Source: an uncultured Candidatus Saccharibacteria bacterium
Lineage (GTDB): Bacteria; Patescibacteriota; Minisyncoccia; Portnoybacterales; UBA2143
Assembly: GCA_964413015.1 (NCBI GenBank)
Contig: CAYPQZ010000014.1
Location: 459 to 64,458, forward strand
Direction: 5' to 3'
DNA: 64,000 bases
Shown here: piece after piece, positions 40,323 through 50,552 of the stretch
Layout of the letters: each line of letters starts with the position of its first letter
Numbering within the stretch: position 1 is the first letter of the stretch
Notes under the pieces: model-generated
What the model was told of the DNA's origin: nothing
Database searches by the model: none
The model's input: only the letters and a program-made list of their open reading frames with translations
Made by a program: the position numbers and the translations under genes

Positions 40323-42746
40323 ATGCCATCAAAAGTAAACTATCGGAAAAATGTCCTTAAGGCTTTGTTTGACATTAAACCGGTTGACAGCCAGGGCATT
40401 TTGGATATTGGGAGGATAAGGAAAATTCAAAAGGTTTTGAATTTAAGGTCTTTGGAAAGCCCCCTGGGGAAAATTCCCAGAGTGTTGGAGACTGTCCCTA
40501 GGGACAATAGCTTTCCAACTAAAGAAGAAATTTTAGCTGAATTGGAGAAATTCAGCGCAGACGAAAGCTTTCTGGAAAATCAACAGGAGGTTGCCGAGAA
40601 GATAAATTTAGTCAAGAAAACATTGGTTAAAGAGACGCCAGTTGACAGGTATGAAGAATTCTATTTTCCCGAAGCGGCTTACCAAAAATTTCCTTTAACA
40701 CCGTCTAAAAAAGAAAAAAAACATACTTTTACTTTTAAAGATGTTTTCAAAAAAAATTATGGTAAACCCTTGGCTGGTTTTTTAGCAGCCGGTTTTTTGG
40801 TTGCTTTAATTATTCCGGCCGCTTCTTTGATAAACCGGGGATTTGGAATTAAGGATGACGTTTTGGCCAGCAGTCTGTCTGCTTATCAGAATCTATTATC
40901 AGCTCAGGAGTCCTTGGAGAAAGCAGACTGGCAAGCGGCTGAGCAAAACTTTATTTCAGCCCAAGCCGATTTCATAGAGGCTCGTCAAGAGCTCAAGAAA
41001 GTAGGCCAGTTGACTCTGGGTATTTTAGGGAAGCTGCCTGGCGCCGCTTCCATATCTTCAGGCGATCATTTAATTAAAGTTGGCGAAAATTTAGCTCGGG
41101 CCGGCCAAAAATTATCTTCAGCGGTGAACGTGTTTGATTTCGATAATTTATTCGGTTTAATCCGTCTGCCCCAAGAGTCTTCGAGGAATGTTTTAGCCGT
41201 CCAGGAAAGCGCGTTGTCCGATTCCATTGAAATCAGCCGGGATGATTTAACCGAGGCCTTGTCTAATATAAAAACAGCTAATCAGGAATTAGAAAAAATT
41301 AAGATTGATGTTCTGCCGGACGAAATTCAGTCAGGCGTTTCATCTTTAAAAGAAAAGCTGCCTTTGATTGAAGAAATGCTTGCTCAGTCATTGAGTTATT
41401 CAGAGGCCCTGCTAAACTTTTTAGGGCATAACAATCCCCGTCAGTATCTCTTGATTTTCCAGAACAATAGCGAGATGAGGGCTACCGGAGGATTTATCGG
41501 CACCTACGGTTTATTAACCCTGGATAAGGGTGAAATTAAAGAGCTTTTTATTGATGGCATTTTTAACGCTGACGGCCAGCTTCATGAAAAAATTATTCCG
41601 CCTCGACCAATTCAGAAAATTAGCACTGCTTGGTCAATGCATGACGCTAACTGGTTTGCCGATTTCCCGACCTCGGCGCATAAAATTGCCTGGTTCTATG
41701 AGAAGACCGGCGGGCCGACGACTGACGGCGTTATCAGTTTGACGCCGGTTTTAATTGAACGTCTTTTGGAGCTAACCGGACCGATCGCTCTGCCTGAATA
41801 CGAAGTTGTCTTGACGGCCGATAATTTTGTTGAATTAATTCAATACAAGGTAGAAATTGATTATGATAAAGAACTTAATCGACCCAAGGAAATTTTATCT
41901 GATTTTGCTCCTAAATTTATCCATTCTTTAAATCAGTTGTCTTCCCAAAACAGAGAGGAAGCCTTAAAAATTATTCTTAACTGCTTTGACGAAAAGCATA
42001 TCCTAACCTATTTCAGCGACCCTGTTTTAGAAGAACTGGCTGTTAAATGGGGCTGGTCCGGGAAGATTCTACCCGCCGACAAAGATTATTTAAGTGTTGT
42101 TTCTTCCAATATCAACGGCTACAAAACAGATAAAATGGTCAATGAGACAATTGACCATCATTCGGAAATCCAGCCGGACGGCTCAATCATTGATACTTTG
42201 ACAATTACTCGCCAGCATAAAGGCGGGCAATCGGAATACGATTGGTGGAATCGGGTCAACTCCAACTATTTAAGAGTTTATTTGCCCTTGGGTAGCGAGC
42301 TGATTTCGGCCAACGGACAAAGCTTAGAAATTTACCAGCCGCCAATTGATTATCAAGAGCAGGGATTTAAGACAGACGTTTTGGTGGATAAAATTGAAAA
42401 AGGGATGGTGGTTGATAAAAAAACCGGGACTCGCGTTTATCAAGAAAATGACAAAACCGTTTTTGGCAACTGGGTTTATGTCAGCCCGGGCGAAACGGTT
42501 ATTCTGAAGTATAGATACAAGCTGCCTTTTAAAATTGACTTGACAAAATCAGCGGATAGTTATAGTCTGTTAGTGCAAAAGCAGTCAGGCAGTTTAGGCA
42601 GCCAATTAAGCCATCAGCTGAAATTTCCGGAGGCTTGGCAGTTATCGTGGAAATATCCCGATGAAGCCAAACAGGGCCTCGGGATTGTGGAATACAAGAA
42701 CGATTTGAAAACAGATAAATTTTTAGGCGTTGCTTTCGAATTTTAG
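40323..42746 (+). CDS. large membrane-anchored extracytoplasmic protein, DUF4012-like
   Basis: Single TM (~residues 150-172) and an 600+ aa outside domain with NNSEMRATGGFIGTYG, reminiscent of DUF4012 proteins found in polysaccharide loci. Family call is from memory. Confidence 0.55.
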   Translation: MPSKVNYRKNVLKALFDIKPVDSQGILDIGRIRKIQKVLNLRSLESPLGKIPRVLETVPRDNSFPTKEEILAELEKFSADESFLENQQEVAEKINLVKKTLVKETPVDRYEEFYFPEAAYQKFPLTPSKKEKKHTFTFKDVFKKNYGKPLAGFLAAGFLVALIIPAASLINRGFGIKDDVLASSLSAYQNLLSAQESLEKADWQAAEQNFISAQADFIEARQELKKVGQLTLGILGKLPGAASISSGDHLIKVGENLARAGQKLSSAVNVFDFDNLFGLIRLPQESSRNVLAVQESALSDSIEISRDDLTEALSNIKTANQELEKIKIDVLPDEIQSGVSSLKEKLPLIEEMLAQSLSYSEALLNFLGHNNPRQYLLIFQNNSEMRATGGFIGTYGLLTLDKGEIKELFIDGIFNADGQLHEKIIPPRPIQKISTAWSMHDANWFADFPTSAHKIAWFYEKTGGPTTDGVISLTPVLIERLLELTGPIALPEYEVVLTADNFVELIQYKVEIDYDKELNRPKEILSDFAPKFIHSLNQLSSQNREEALKIILNCFDEKHILTYFSDPVLEELAVKWGWSGKILPADKDYLSVVSSNINGYKTDKMVNETIDHHSEIQPDGSIIDTLTITRQHKGGQSEYDWWNRVNSNYLRVYLPLGSELISANGQSLEIYQPPIDYQEQGFKTDVLVDKIEKGMVVDKKTGTRVYQENDKTVFGNWVYVSPGETVILKYRYKLPFKIDLTKSADSYSLLVQKQSGSLGSQLSHQLKFPEAWQLSWKYPDEAKQGLGIVEYKNDLKTDKFLGVAFEF

Positions 42747-42782
42747 CGTTAAAAAGCTTCAAAAATAATCTTATATTTAATT

Positions 42783-43841
42783 ATGAAAAAATACATCTTT
42801 ATTATCGGAATAATTTTTATTACCTTTGCCAGTTTTACCAAGGCGGATAATAGTTTGGTGGCTCATTGGAATTTCGATGAAGTGGCGGCCGGTTGGGAAG
42901 TTAAAGATATTTCAGGAAATGATATCCACGGGTACATTGGTCGGGCTTTGTCCGGGGTGGCCGGTTTGAAGAATTACGGGCTTTTGTTTGACGGAGAAGG
43001 CGATTACGTAAATGTGGGCAATGAAGCGGCCTTGGATTTTGGTCAGGAAGACAGTTTTACGCTTTATGCCTGGGTTAAATTGAATGATTCCATTGATGAC
43101 TACCGGGCGATTATGGGTAAAGCCAGTGGCTCCTCTTTAGACGGCTATATTCTTAGGCATTGCCAGGCTGGTAACCTTGGTATGACCATAGAGGCTAGCG
43201 ATGGCGCCGTTGAAGCCAGCGCGGTGGCTCGACAAGATTATCGGGATAATCAATGGCATCAGGTGGTCGGAGTTATCAATCGTGATGACCAAACCATCAC
43301 TCTTTACGTTGACGGCCTTCAAAAAGCGCAGGCAGATATTAATTCTGTTGGAGATTTAAACAATGATTACAATTTTAATCTTGGCGCCTTAAATAACGGA
43401 AGCGTCAGTTTTAAGGGCATTCTGGACGAAGCCCGAGTTTATAATTACGCTTTGTCATCTGCAGAAATTCGGAAGCTTTATTCAGACGATAGCGGTAAAA
43501 CCATTACTATTAAGACCTATCCGGCCGGTTCTTTACTGCAGGCAATTGATTCAATCGATGTTTATTACATTAATCGTGAAGGTCAGCGGAAATTAATTAT
43601 TAATGAAAAGATCTTTGAGCTTTACCATAACAAATGGGAAGACATCATTGAAGTTACTAAAGAAGAACTGGAACAATATCCGATTGTTAAATTAATCAGG
43701 GCCTATGGTGATGAAAAGGTTTACAGAATTGAAGGAGAAACTAAAGAATGGATAGAAACTTTGGCTGAATTTAATTCTTTGGGTTACCAATGGAGTAATG
43801 TCAGTTTGGTTAAAATAGAAGAGTTGGCTGAATACGAATAA
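42783..43841 (+). CDS. secreted LamG/concanavalin-A-like lectin domain protein
   Basis: Signal peptide plus LDEARVYNYALSSAEIRKLY, characteristic of Laminin_G_3. Confidence 0.7.
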   Translation: MKKYIFIIGIIFITFASFTKADNSLVAHWNFDEVAAGWEVKDISGNDIHGYIGRALSGVAGLKNYGLLFDGEGDYVNVGNEAALDFGQEDSFTLYAWVKLNDSIDDYRAIMGKASGSSLDGYILRHCQAGNLGMTIEASDGAVEASAVARQDYRDNQWHQVVGVINRDDQTITLYVDGLQKAQADINSVGDLNNDYNFNLGALNNGSVSFKGILDEARVYNYALSSAEIRKLYSDDSGKTITIKTYPAGSLLQAIDSIDVYYINREGQRKLIINEKIFELYHNKWEDIIEVTKEELEQYPIVKLIRAYGDEKVYRIEGETKEWIETLAEFNSLGYQWSNVSLVKIEELAEYE

Positions 43842-43843
43842 GC

Positions 43844-45406
43844 ATGCTGAGAAATTTTTTCAATAATCAGTCAAAGACAATTGCTGCCGCCGCTTTCATT
43901 TTGGGAGCGGCTTCTTTAATTAGCCGGGCCTTGGGATTAATCCGAGATAGGATCTTGGCCGGCCAGTTCGGAGCCGGCGATGAGCTGGATATTTATTACG
44001 CTGCTTTCCGGATTCCTGATTTAATTTATTCAATTGTTGTCCTAGGAGCTCTGTCAGCCGGTTTTATTCCGGTATTTATAAACTATTTGCGCAAAGACAA
44101 GCCGCAGGCCTGGGCTTTAGCCAATAACATTTTTAATTTATTGGCCGTCGGTCTGATTACGCTTTGCCTATTGGCGATTTTGTTAACTCCTTGGCTGGTT
44201 AAGATAATTGCTCCTGGATTTTCCGGAGACAAGCTTTCAAGTACCGCCGAACTGACCCGAATTATGTTTTTGAGCCCGTTGTTTCTGGGCTTAAGTACGG
44301 TCTTGGGAGGAATTCTGCGCAGTTTTAAAAGATTCCTGGCTTATGCTCTGGCTCCGGTTATGTACAACCTTGGCATTATTTTCGGAGCCTTGTTTTTAGT
44401 TAGGCCCTTTGGTTTAGTCGGTCTGGCTTATGGAGTAGTGCTGGGGGCTTTGTTGCATTTTTTAATCCAGCTGCCAACTGCTTATTTGTGTGGATTTCGT
44501 TGGCGTCCAAGGATTATTTTAAAATCCCCAGGCGCAGTTCGGATTTTAAGATTAATGCCGCCTCAGGTCTTAAATCTTTCTTTAACCCAAATTAATCTTT
44601 GGGCAATGACTGTTTTTGCGTCTTTTCTAATGGTTGGGAGCGTGGCGATTTTCAATCTTTCTATGAATATCTGGAGTTTTCCGCTGGGGGTTTTCGGAAT
44701 TTCTTTTATTTTAGCAACTTTTCCTCGGTTATCTGATTTTGCTCAACAAGGAAATCGAGCTTCCTTTGTAAAATCATTTTCCTATACTTTCCGTCAAATT
44801 CTTTTCTTCATTCTGCCAATTTCAGTTTTATTTATTGTCCTGCGCGAACAGATTGTCAAAGTCATTTTAAATACTGGCCAATTTGACCAGCAGGATGCTT
44901 TATTGACTTTTGAGACTCTATCATTTTTCTGCGTTTCCTTGTTTGCGGAAGCCTTGATTCTTTTATGCCTCCGCGGTTTTTTCGCATGGGAAGACACTCT
45001 AACTCCCTTTCTAATCGGTCTATTGGCAACCAGTTTTCGCTTAGCGGTTGCCTGGATTTTATCCAAGCAGTTCGGAGTTCCGGGTTTAGCCATGGGATTT
45101 TCTTTAGGCAGTCTCTTCTATTTCATCCTTTTATTTGTCAGCTTACGGAATAAGATTGGCTTTTTGGATAGCCGTCGCTTGGGGAAATACAGTCTTAAAA
45201 TTCTTTCAGCTTCTTTAGTAAGTGGCTTAGGCGCTTACCTTGGACTGGTTTTTTTGTCAGCTTTTCTTTCCGCCCCGGGAATCTTAAATATTTTTTTGAA
45301 CGGATTCCTGGCTGGCTTGTTTGGCATCATTATTTATCTGCTTTTGGCTCGTCTTTTAAAAATCAAAGAGCTGAAATTGTTTTTAATCAGGCTATGGGGA
45401 AAGTAG
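43844..45406 (+). CDS. murJ: lipid II flippase MurJ (MviN)
   Basis: 14-TM protein with YYAAFRIPDLIYSIVVLGALSAGFIPVF. Confidence 0.85.
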   Translation: MLRNFFNNQSKTIAAAAFILGAASLISRALGLIRDRILAGQFGAGDELDIYYAAFRIPDLIYSIVVLGALSAGFIPVFINYLRKDKPQAWALANNIFNLLAVGLITLCLLAILLTPWLVKIIAPGFSGDKLSSTAELTRIMFLSPLFLGLSTVLGGILRSFKRFLAYALAPVMYNLGIIFGALFLVRPFGLVGLAYGVVLGALLHFLIQLPTAYLCGFRWRPRIILKSPGAVRILRLMPPQVLNLSLTQINLWAMTVFASFLMVGSVAIFNLSMNIWSFPLGVFGISFILATFPRLSDFAQQGNRASFVKSFSYTFRQILFFILPISVLFIVLREQIVKVILNTGQFDQQDALLTFETLSFFCVSLFAEALILLCLRGFFAWEDTLTPFLIGLLATSFRLAVAWILSKQFGVPGLAMGFSLGSLFYFILLFVSLRNKIGFLDSRRLGKYSLKILSASLVSGLGAYLGLVFLSAFLSAPGILNIFLNGFLAGLFGIIIYLLLARLLKIKELKLFLIRLWGK

Positions 45407-45418
45407 CTTTTTGCAAAA

Positions 45419-47203
45419 ATGTCAAAGATTCGTAATTTCTGCATCATTTCACATATTGACCACGGCAAGTCAACTTTAGCTGACCGGCTTTTGGAAGTCA
45501 CTAAAACCGTTGAGCAGAGAAAGATGCATTCTCAGTTTCTGGATATGATGGACATTGAGAAAGAAAAGGGAATTACCATTAAGCTCCAACCAGTAAGAAT
45601 GGAGTATGGCGGGTATTCTCTGAATTTGATTGACACTCCGGGACACGTTGATTTTTCTTACGAAGTTTCGCGCAGTTTGGCTGCCGTGGAAGGAGCGATT
45701 CTGTTAGTAGACGCCAGCCAAGGAGTCCAAGCGCAAACTTTAGCGAATTTTCATCTAGCTCGCGAACAGGGGTTGAAGATTATCCCGGTAGTTAACAAAA
45801 TTGATTTGCCCCAGGCAATGACAAAAGAAACAGTTCAGGAATTGAATGAATTGCTAAATACGGATGAAAAAGAAACCCTTCAGGTTTCGGCCAAGCAAGG
45901 GATTAATATAGACAAGGTTTTGGAAGCAATTGTTCAAAAAATTCCCGGGCCGACTGATTTTCAACAGAACCCTTTGCGGGCCTTAGTTTTTGATTCGGAA
46001 TACGATCCTTATAGGGGTATTCTGGCCTATGTCAGAATTGTTGACGGCCAGTTGAAAGCCGGAGACAAGATTGAAATGATGGCCTCAAGGGAGGTTTCTG
46101 AAGTCATTGAAGTCGGCCTGTTCAAGCCGCAGATGACCAAAGCGGATTTGCTTAAGTCGGGCGAAATCGGTTACGTGGCGACTGGCTTAAAGGATGTTGG
46201 GCAATGCCGGGTGGGAGATACAATTGGTGCATTCCCTGTTAAAGGACTTCCCTTGTCGTATAAACCCCTGCCTGGCTATCAGGAGCCTAAGCCGATGGTT
46301 TTCGCTAGTTTTTATCCAATTGTTAGCAATGATTACGATATGCTTAAAGACGGCCTAGGCAAACTTAAATTAAGCGATGCATCTTTCCAATACGAGCCGG
46401 AATCATGTCAAGGCCTAGGCCGAGGATTCCGAGCCGGCTTTTTAGGAATGCTCCATCTGGAAATAGTTCTGGAGCGTCTCAAAAGAGAACATCAGCTTAA
46501 TTTGATTGTCGCTTCGCCCTCGGTCAGTTATCAGATAACCGACAAACAAGGAAAATTTTTTACCGTCAATTCAGCTTCTGATCTGTCCAAGCCGGAGAAT
46601 CTCAAGGAAATTAAAGAGCCTTGGGCTGAGTTAAAAATAGTTTTGCCCAGCCGTTTCCAGGGTCCGGTTATGAAATTACTAAAGCAGACTCGTGGCCAAT
46701 ACCGAAATACGGAATATCTAAGCTCCGAAAAAATTGTTTTAAAATACCGAACTCCTTTGAGTGAAATCATTATTGATTTCTATGACCAATTAAAAAACAT
46801 TACTGCCGGCTACGCTTCAATGAATTACCAGATAACCGATTATCAGCCGGCTGATTTGGTAAAAATGGATATTCTTATTGCTGGAGAGAAAACAGAGGTT
46901 TTTGCCAGAATTGTCCATAAAGCGGATTTAGAAAAAGAGGCCAGGTTTTTAGTTAAGAAACTTAAAGAAGTTATCCCCAAGCAGCTTTTCGCAGTTTCTC
47001 TGCAGGCTGCCGTTGATGGAAAAATTATTGCCCGAGAGAATATTAGCGCCTTGCGCAAAGACGTAACCGGATATCTTTATGGAGGAGATTATACCCGCAA
47101 GCGCAAACTTCTGGAAAAGCAAAAAAAAGGAAAGAAGAGGATGAAGGCGATCGGCAAAATTAATCTCCCTCAAGAGGTCTTTTTTAAAGTTTTAAAAAAA
47201 TAA
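45419..47203 (+). CDS. lepA: elongation factor 4
   Basis: NFCIISHIDHGKSTLADRLL, G domain, and the LepA-specific C-terminal domain. Confidence 0.9.
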   Translation: MSKIRNFCIISHIDHGKSTLADRLLEVTKTVEQRKMHSQFLDMMDIEKEKGITIKLQPVRMEYGGYSLNLIDTPGHVDFSYEVSRSLAAVEGAILLVDASQGVQAQTLANFHLAREQGLKIIPVVNKIDLPQAMTKETVQELNELLNTDEKETLQVSAKQGINIDKVLEAIVQKIPGPTDFQQNPLRALVFDSEYDPYRGILAYVRIVDGQLKAGDKIEMMASREVSEVIEVGLFKPQMTKADLLKSGEIGYVATGLKDVGQCRVGDTIGAFPVKGLPLSYKPLPGYQEPKPMVFASFYPIVSNDYDMLKDGLGKLKLSDASFQYEPESCQGLGRGFRAGFLGMLHLEIVLERLKREHQLNLIVASPSVSYQITDKQGKFFTVNSASDLSKPENLKEIKEPWAELKIVLPSRFQGPVMKLLKQTRGQYRNTEYLSSEKIVLKYRTPLSEIIIDFYDQLKNITAGYASMNYQITDYQPADLVKMDILIAGEKTEVFARIVHKADLEKEARFLVKKLKEVIPKQLFAVSLQAAVDGKIIARENISALRKDVTGYLYGGDYTRKRKLLEKQKKGKKRMKAIGKINLPQEVFFKVLKK

Positions 47204-47377
47204 AGACTTTCTATTATAGTCTTTATTAAATCCTTCTGCTTTGATATGATTAGAGCATTGGCGCTAGAAGAAAGACGAACATACTTAAGACAACTAAGCT
47301 TGCTAGAATTATCCAGGAAAAACGAAACAACTTTCTTTTAACAGATATTTTCATATTTAATTTTAGGATAACATAAA

Positions 47378-47779
47378 ATGATTCAGCCGGTCAAAAAAAC
47401 TTTTAAGAAGCTTCTCTATTCCAAGATATTTCTTTTTGCAGCTGCTCTCATTTTAATTTTTTTAGTTGTTGCTTTTGGCCGGGAAAGTTACCGGAAGTAT
47501 GAATTGAGTAAGGAGATTAACGATTTAGAAAAACAAATTCTTCAGCTAGAAAGCACTAATCAGCAAATGGCCAATTTGATGGATTATTTCAAAAAAGAGT
47601 CCTATCTTGAGAAAGAAGCCCGCTTGAAGCTTAATTTAAAGAAACCTGAAGAAAAAGTGGTTATCATTTTAGAAAGAGATAGTCTTTATAAAGAAGTCGA
47701 CAATAACGGTAATCAGGGCGATATTGATATTCCCCAAGATTCTAATTTCTGGAAATGGTGGGAATACTTTTTCCAATAA
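47378..47779 (+). CDS. septum formation initiator family protein (FtsB/DivIC/FtsL-like)
   Basis: N-terminal TM helix then a coiled coil (LSKEINDLEKQILQLESTNQQMANL...). Confidence 0.6.
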   Translation: MIQPVKKTFKKLLYSKIFLFAAALILIFLVVAFGRESYRKYELSKEINDLEKQILQLESTNQQMANLMDYFKKESYLEKEARLKLNLKKPEEKVVIILERDSLYKEVDNNGNQGDIDIPQDSNFWKWWEYFFQ

Positions 47780-47856
47780 TCTCCAAATCTTTGATTTGTT
47801 TAAATTATTGAGAACTCGCCGCAATTTTGCCAAAGGCAAAATTTGGGCGGGTAAAG

Positions 47857-47930
47857 GCGGGATTAGTATAGTGGTATTATACTTGCTTCCCAAGCAAGAG
47901 ACACGAGTTCGATCCTCGTATCCCGCTCCA
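47857..47930 (+). tRNA. tRNA-Gly (CCC)
   Basis: Acceptor GCGGGAT/ATCCCGC, anticodon stem CTTGC/GCAAG, loop TTCCCAA, T-loop TTCGATC, CCA encoded. Confidence 0.85.
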
Positions 47931-48002
47931 GCCCACGTAGCTCAGTGGTAGAGCAACTCTCTCGTAAAGAGTAGGTCGTCAGTTCAATCCTGACCGTGGG
48001 CT
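47931..48002 (+). tRNA. tRNA-Thr (CGT)
   Basis: GCCCACG TA GCTC AGTGGTA GAGC A ACTCT CTCGTAA AGAGT ... GTCAG TTCAATC CTGAC CGTGGGC T. Confidence 0.85.
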
Positions 48003-48039
48003 CATTTACTAAAATAGAGAGGTATGCTAAAATGACAAA

Positions 48040-48804
48040 ATGGAAGATTTAACCGGTAAATTGAAAGGTGAATATGATAAGCATAAGGCCATTCTATCCG
48101 TTTATGCCGGGGCCGGAGGGACTGACGCTCAAGACTGGGCGGAGATGCTTTTGAAGATGTATCTGAAATTTACCGCTAAAGAGAAATGGCCGGCTAAGGT
48201 GGTTCAGATTAAAGAAGGCAAAGAGGCTGGAATTAAAAACGCAACTTTAGTTATTGGACAATCTTATAGCTATGGCTTATTAAAAGGCGAGTCAGGTGTT
48301 CACCGTTTAGTACGCTTGTCTCCTTTTAATGCTGATAATCTCAGACATACTTCATTTGCTTTGGTTGAGGTTATGCCGGAGCTTGAAGAAATTAAGGAAA
48401 TTAATCTTAGATCGGAAGATTTACGGGTTGAAACCTATAAAGCCAGTGGACCGGGAGGCCAGTACGTTAATAAAACTGAGTCGGCTGTTCGGCTGACTCA
48501 TCTTCCTACCGGACTAACCGCCGCTTGCCAAAGTGAACGTTTGCAAGGAGAAAATAAAAAAAGAGCCATGAAATTGTTAGCCAGTAAGCTTCACCAGCAT
48601 CAATTAAAAGGCCGACAAAAGCAAAAGAATGAGTTACGTGGCCAGCCTCAGGCTGTTGAATGGGGGAGCCAAATCCGTTCTTATGTACTGCATCCTTATC
48701 AGATGGTCAAAGACCACCGGATTGGCGTTAAATCGGGCGATCCGAAAGCTGTTTTGAATGGCAAATTGGATAAATTTGTAAGGGGCTTTATTCAAAAGTT
48801 CTGA
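48040..48804 (+). CDS. prfB: peptide chain release factor 2, N-terminally truncated (domains 2-4 only)
   Basis: SPF stop-codon recognition motif (RLSPFNADNLRHTSF) and GGQ (SGPGGQYVNKTESAVRLTH). Begins ~20 aa before the AGAGGTDAQDW block, so ~110 aa of domain 1 are absent. Confidence 0.8.
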   Translation: MEDLTGKLKGEYDKHKAILSVYAGAGGTDAQDWAEMLLKMYLKFTAKEKWPAKVVQIKEGKEAGIKNATLVIGQSYSYGLLKGESGVHRLVRLSPFNADNLRHTSFALVEVMPELEEIKEINLRSEDLRVETYKASGPGGQYVNKTESAVRLTHLPTGLTAACQSERLQGENKKRAMKLLASKLHQHQLKGRQKQKNELRGQPQAVEWGSQIRSYVLHPYQMVKDHRIGVKSGDPKAVLNGKLDKFVRGFIQKF

Positions 48805-48814
48805 CAAAAATCTC

Positions 48815-49498
48815 ATGATAGTTTTTAAAAAAGTTTCCAAAATATATCTGCCTAACTGTCGAGCTCTGGATGATATTAATCTTGAAATTGACGATAAAGA
48901 ATTTGTCTCCATTGCCGGCCGTTCGGGCGCTGGGAAGTCAACCTTGATTAAGCTTTTAATTAAAGAAGATTTTCCGACAAAAGGAAACATTTTTTGGGGC
49001 AAACAGGACATCGGTCTTATCCGAGGCAGGGATTTGCCGATTTGGCGCAGGCAAATAGGCATGATTTTTCAAGACTTCCGCCTTTTGCCGAACAAAACTG
49101 CTTACGAAAATGTTGCTTTTGCCATGGAGGTAAGTGATTGGAAGAAACATGAAATTGAACGGGACGTGCCCCAACTTTTAAAACTGGTTAATCTGCTGGA
49201 CCGGGCGGATCATTTCCCCCATCAGCTTTCCGGCGGCGAACAGCAACGGGTGGCGATTGCCCGAGCCTTGGCGCATCGTCCGGATATTTTAGTAGCTGAC
49301 GAACCGACCGGCAATTTAGATTTGCTGCATACCTGGGAAATCATCCGGCTTTTAATTAAGATTAATGAGTTAGGAACAACGGTGGTTTTGTCCACTCATG
49401 ACCGTGAGATTATTAACGGTTTGGATAAACGGGTAATTACTATTGAAAAAGGGAAAATAATTAAAGATGACGAAAATGGAAAGTATATCCTATTTTAA
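48815..49498 (+). CDS. ftsE: cell division ATP-binding protein FtsE
   Basis: ABC ATPase Walker [10 protein letters not shown], signature LSGGEQQR, Walker B ILVADEPT; paired with the downstream FtsX. Confidence 0.85.
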   Translation: MIVFKKVSKIYLPNCRALDDINLEIDDKEFVSIAGRSGAGKSTLIKLLIKEDFPTKGNIFWGKQDIGLIRGRDLPIWRRQIGMIFQDFRLLPNKTAYENVAFAMEVSDWKKHEIERDVPQLLKLVNLLDRADHFPHQLSGGEQQRVAIARALAHRPDILVADEPTGNLDLLHTWEIIRLLIKINELGTTVVLSTHDREIINGLDKRVITIEKGKIIKDDENGKYILF

Positions 49499-49501
49499 TT
49501 C

Positions 49502-50410
49502 ATGTTTACATCCTTAGCTAGGTTAATAAAATCGGGCTGTCTGAATTCTTGGAGGAATAAATGGCTTTCAGTAGCCACCATTTTAGTTATGGGCTTGGCT
49601 ATTTTCGGCATTACTACCTTACTATTAATCAATGTTTTAATTGATTCCTTGATTACTTACTTAGAAGACAAGGTAGATGTTAGCGTGTATTTCAATTTAG
49701 GCGTTTCCGAGGAACAGGTTTTATCTGTTAGGGATAGTTTGGTTGAATTAAGCCAGGTGAAAAGCGTTGAGTATATTTCAACTGAAGAAGCGCTGAATAA
49801 TTTTAAGGAAAAACATAGAGACAATCAGGTTTTAATGCAAAGTTTGCAGGAATTGGACAGTAATCCCTTAGAAGCGGCTTTAAACATAAAGGCGCAGGTG
49901 ACTTCTCAATATGAATCAATAGTTAGCTTTTTGGAGAAAAAGGAGTATCAAGAAATTATTGACAAGATAAATTATCAGGAGAATCGAATAGCAATAGTTC
50001 GGCTGGCCTCAATCACTAATACCATTCGTCAGGTCGGTTTTGTTATTTTGCTTATCCTAGCCGTTCTGGCTGTCCTGGTTACCTTTAACACTATTCGTCT
50101 AACCATTTATAGCGCTCGCAAGGAAATTAAAGTGATGAAGCTGGTTGGCGCCAGCAATTGGTTTATCCGGGGGCCGTTTATTGTGGAAGGAGCGATTTAT
50201 GGGATTATCGCGGTTGCCTTAACCTTGACAGTATTCGTTCCTTTGCTCTGGTATTTCTCTCCTAGAATTACCGGATATCTGCCCGGAACCGACCTGTTCT
50301 ATTTTTTCCAGACTAACTTTCTGACTTTGCTGCTGGTTCAGCTGATTACCGGAATCCTTATGGGCACAATTAGCAGTTTGATCGCTATCCACAGATATTT
50401 GGAGAATTAA
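49502..50410 (+). CDS. ftsX: cell division permease-like protein FtsX
   Basis: TM1, large periplasmic loop, then three C-terminal TM helices (FtsX-like permease family). Confidence 0.75.
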   Translation: MFTSLARLIKSGCLNSWRNKWLSVATILVMGLAIFGITTLLLINVLIDSLITYLEDKVDVSVYFNLGVSEEQVLSVRDSLVELSQVKSVEYISTEEALNNFKEKHRDNQVLMQSLQELDSNPLEAALNIKAQVTSQYESIVSFLEKKEYQEIIDKINYQENRIAIVRLASITNTIRQVGFVILLILAVLAVLVTFNTIRLTIYSARKEIKVMKLVGASNWFIRGPFIVEGAIYGIIAVALTLTVFVPLLWYFSPRITGYLPGTDLFYFFQTNFLTLLLVQLITGILMGTISSLIAIHRYLEN

Positions 50411-50411
50411 T

Positions 50412-50482
50412 TGCCGGGTCGTCTAATGGTAGGACGACAGATTCTGGCTCTGTTAATCGGGGTTCGAGTCCCTGCCCGGCAG
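50412..50482 (+). tRNA. tRNA-Gln (CTG)
   Basis: TGCCGGG TC GTC TAATGGTAG GAC G ACAGA TTCTGGC TCTGT ... CGGGG TTCGAGT CCCTG CCCGGCA G. Confidence 0.8.
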
Positions 50483-50552
50483 CTGTTAAAAAAACATCAT
50501 ATCGTAGGGTTGCCTTTTTGACACTGAGAGTTTTTTATGTTAGCATTTTCTC

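Noticed and set aside
47248-47352. 34-aa hydrophobic minus-strand ORF (MKISVKRKLFRFSWIILASLVVLSMFVFLLAPML) between lepA and the ftsB-like gene
   Set aside because: No Shine-Dalgarno. It overlaps a probable lepA terminator hairpin and divergent promoter region. Plausible as a small membrane peptide but unsupported.
47724-47951. 75-aa plus-strand ORF
   Set aside because: Overlaps tRNA-Gly/Thr and the 3' end of the ftsB-like gene; spurious.
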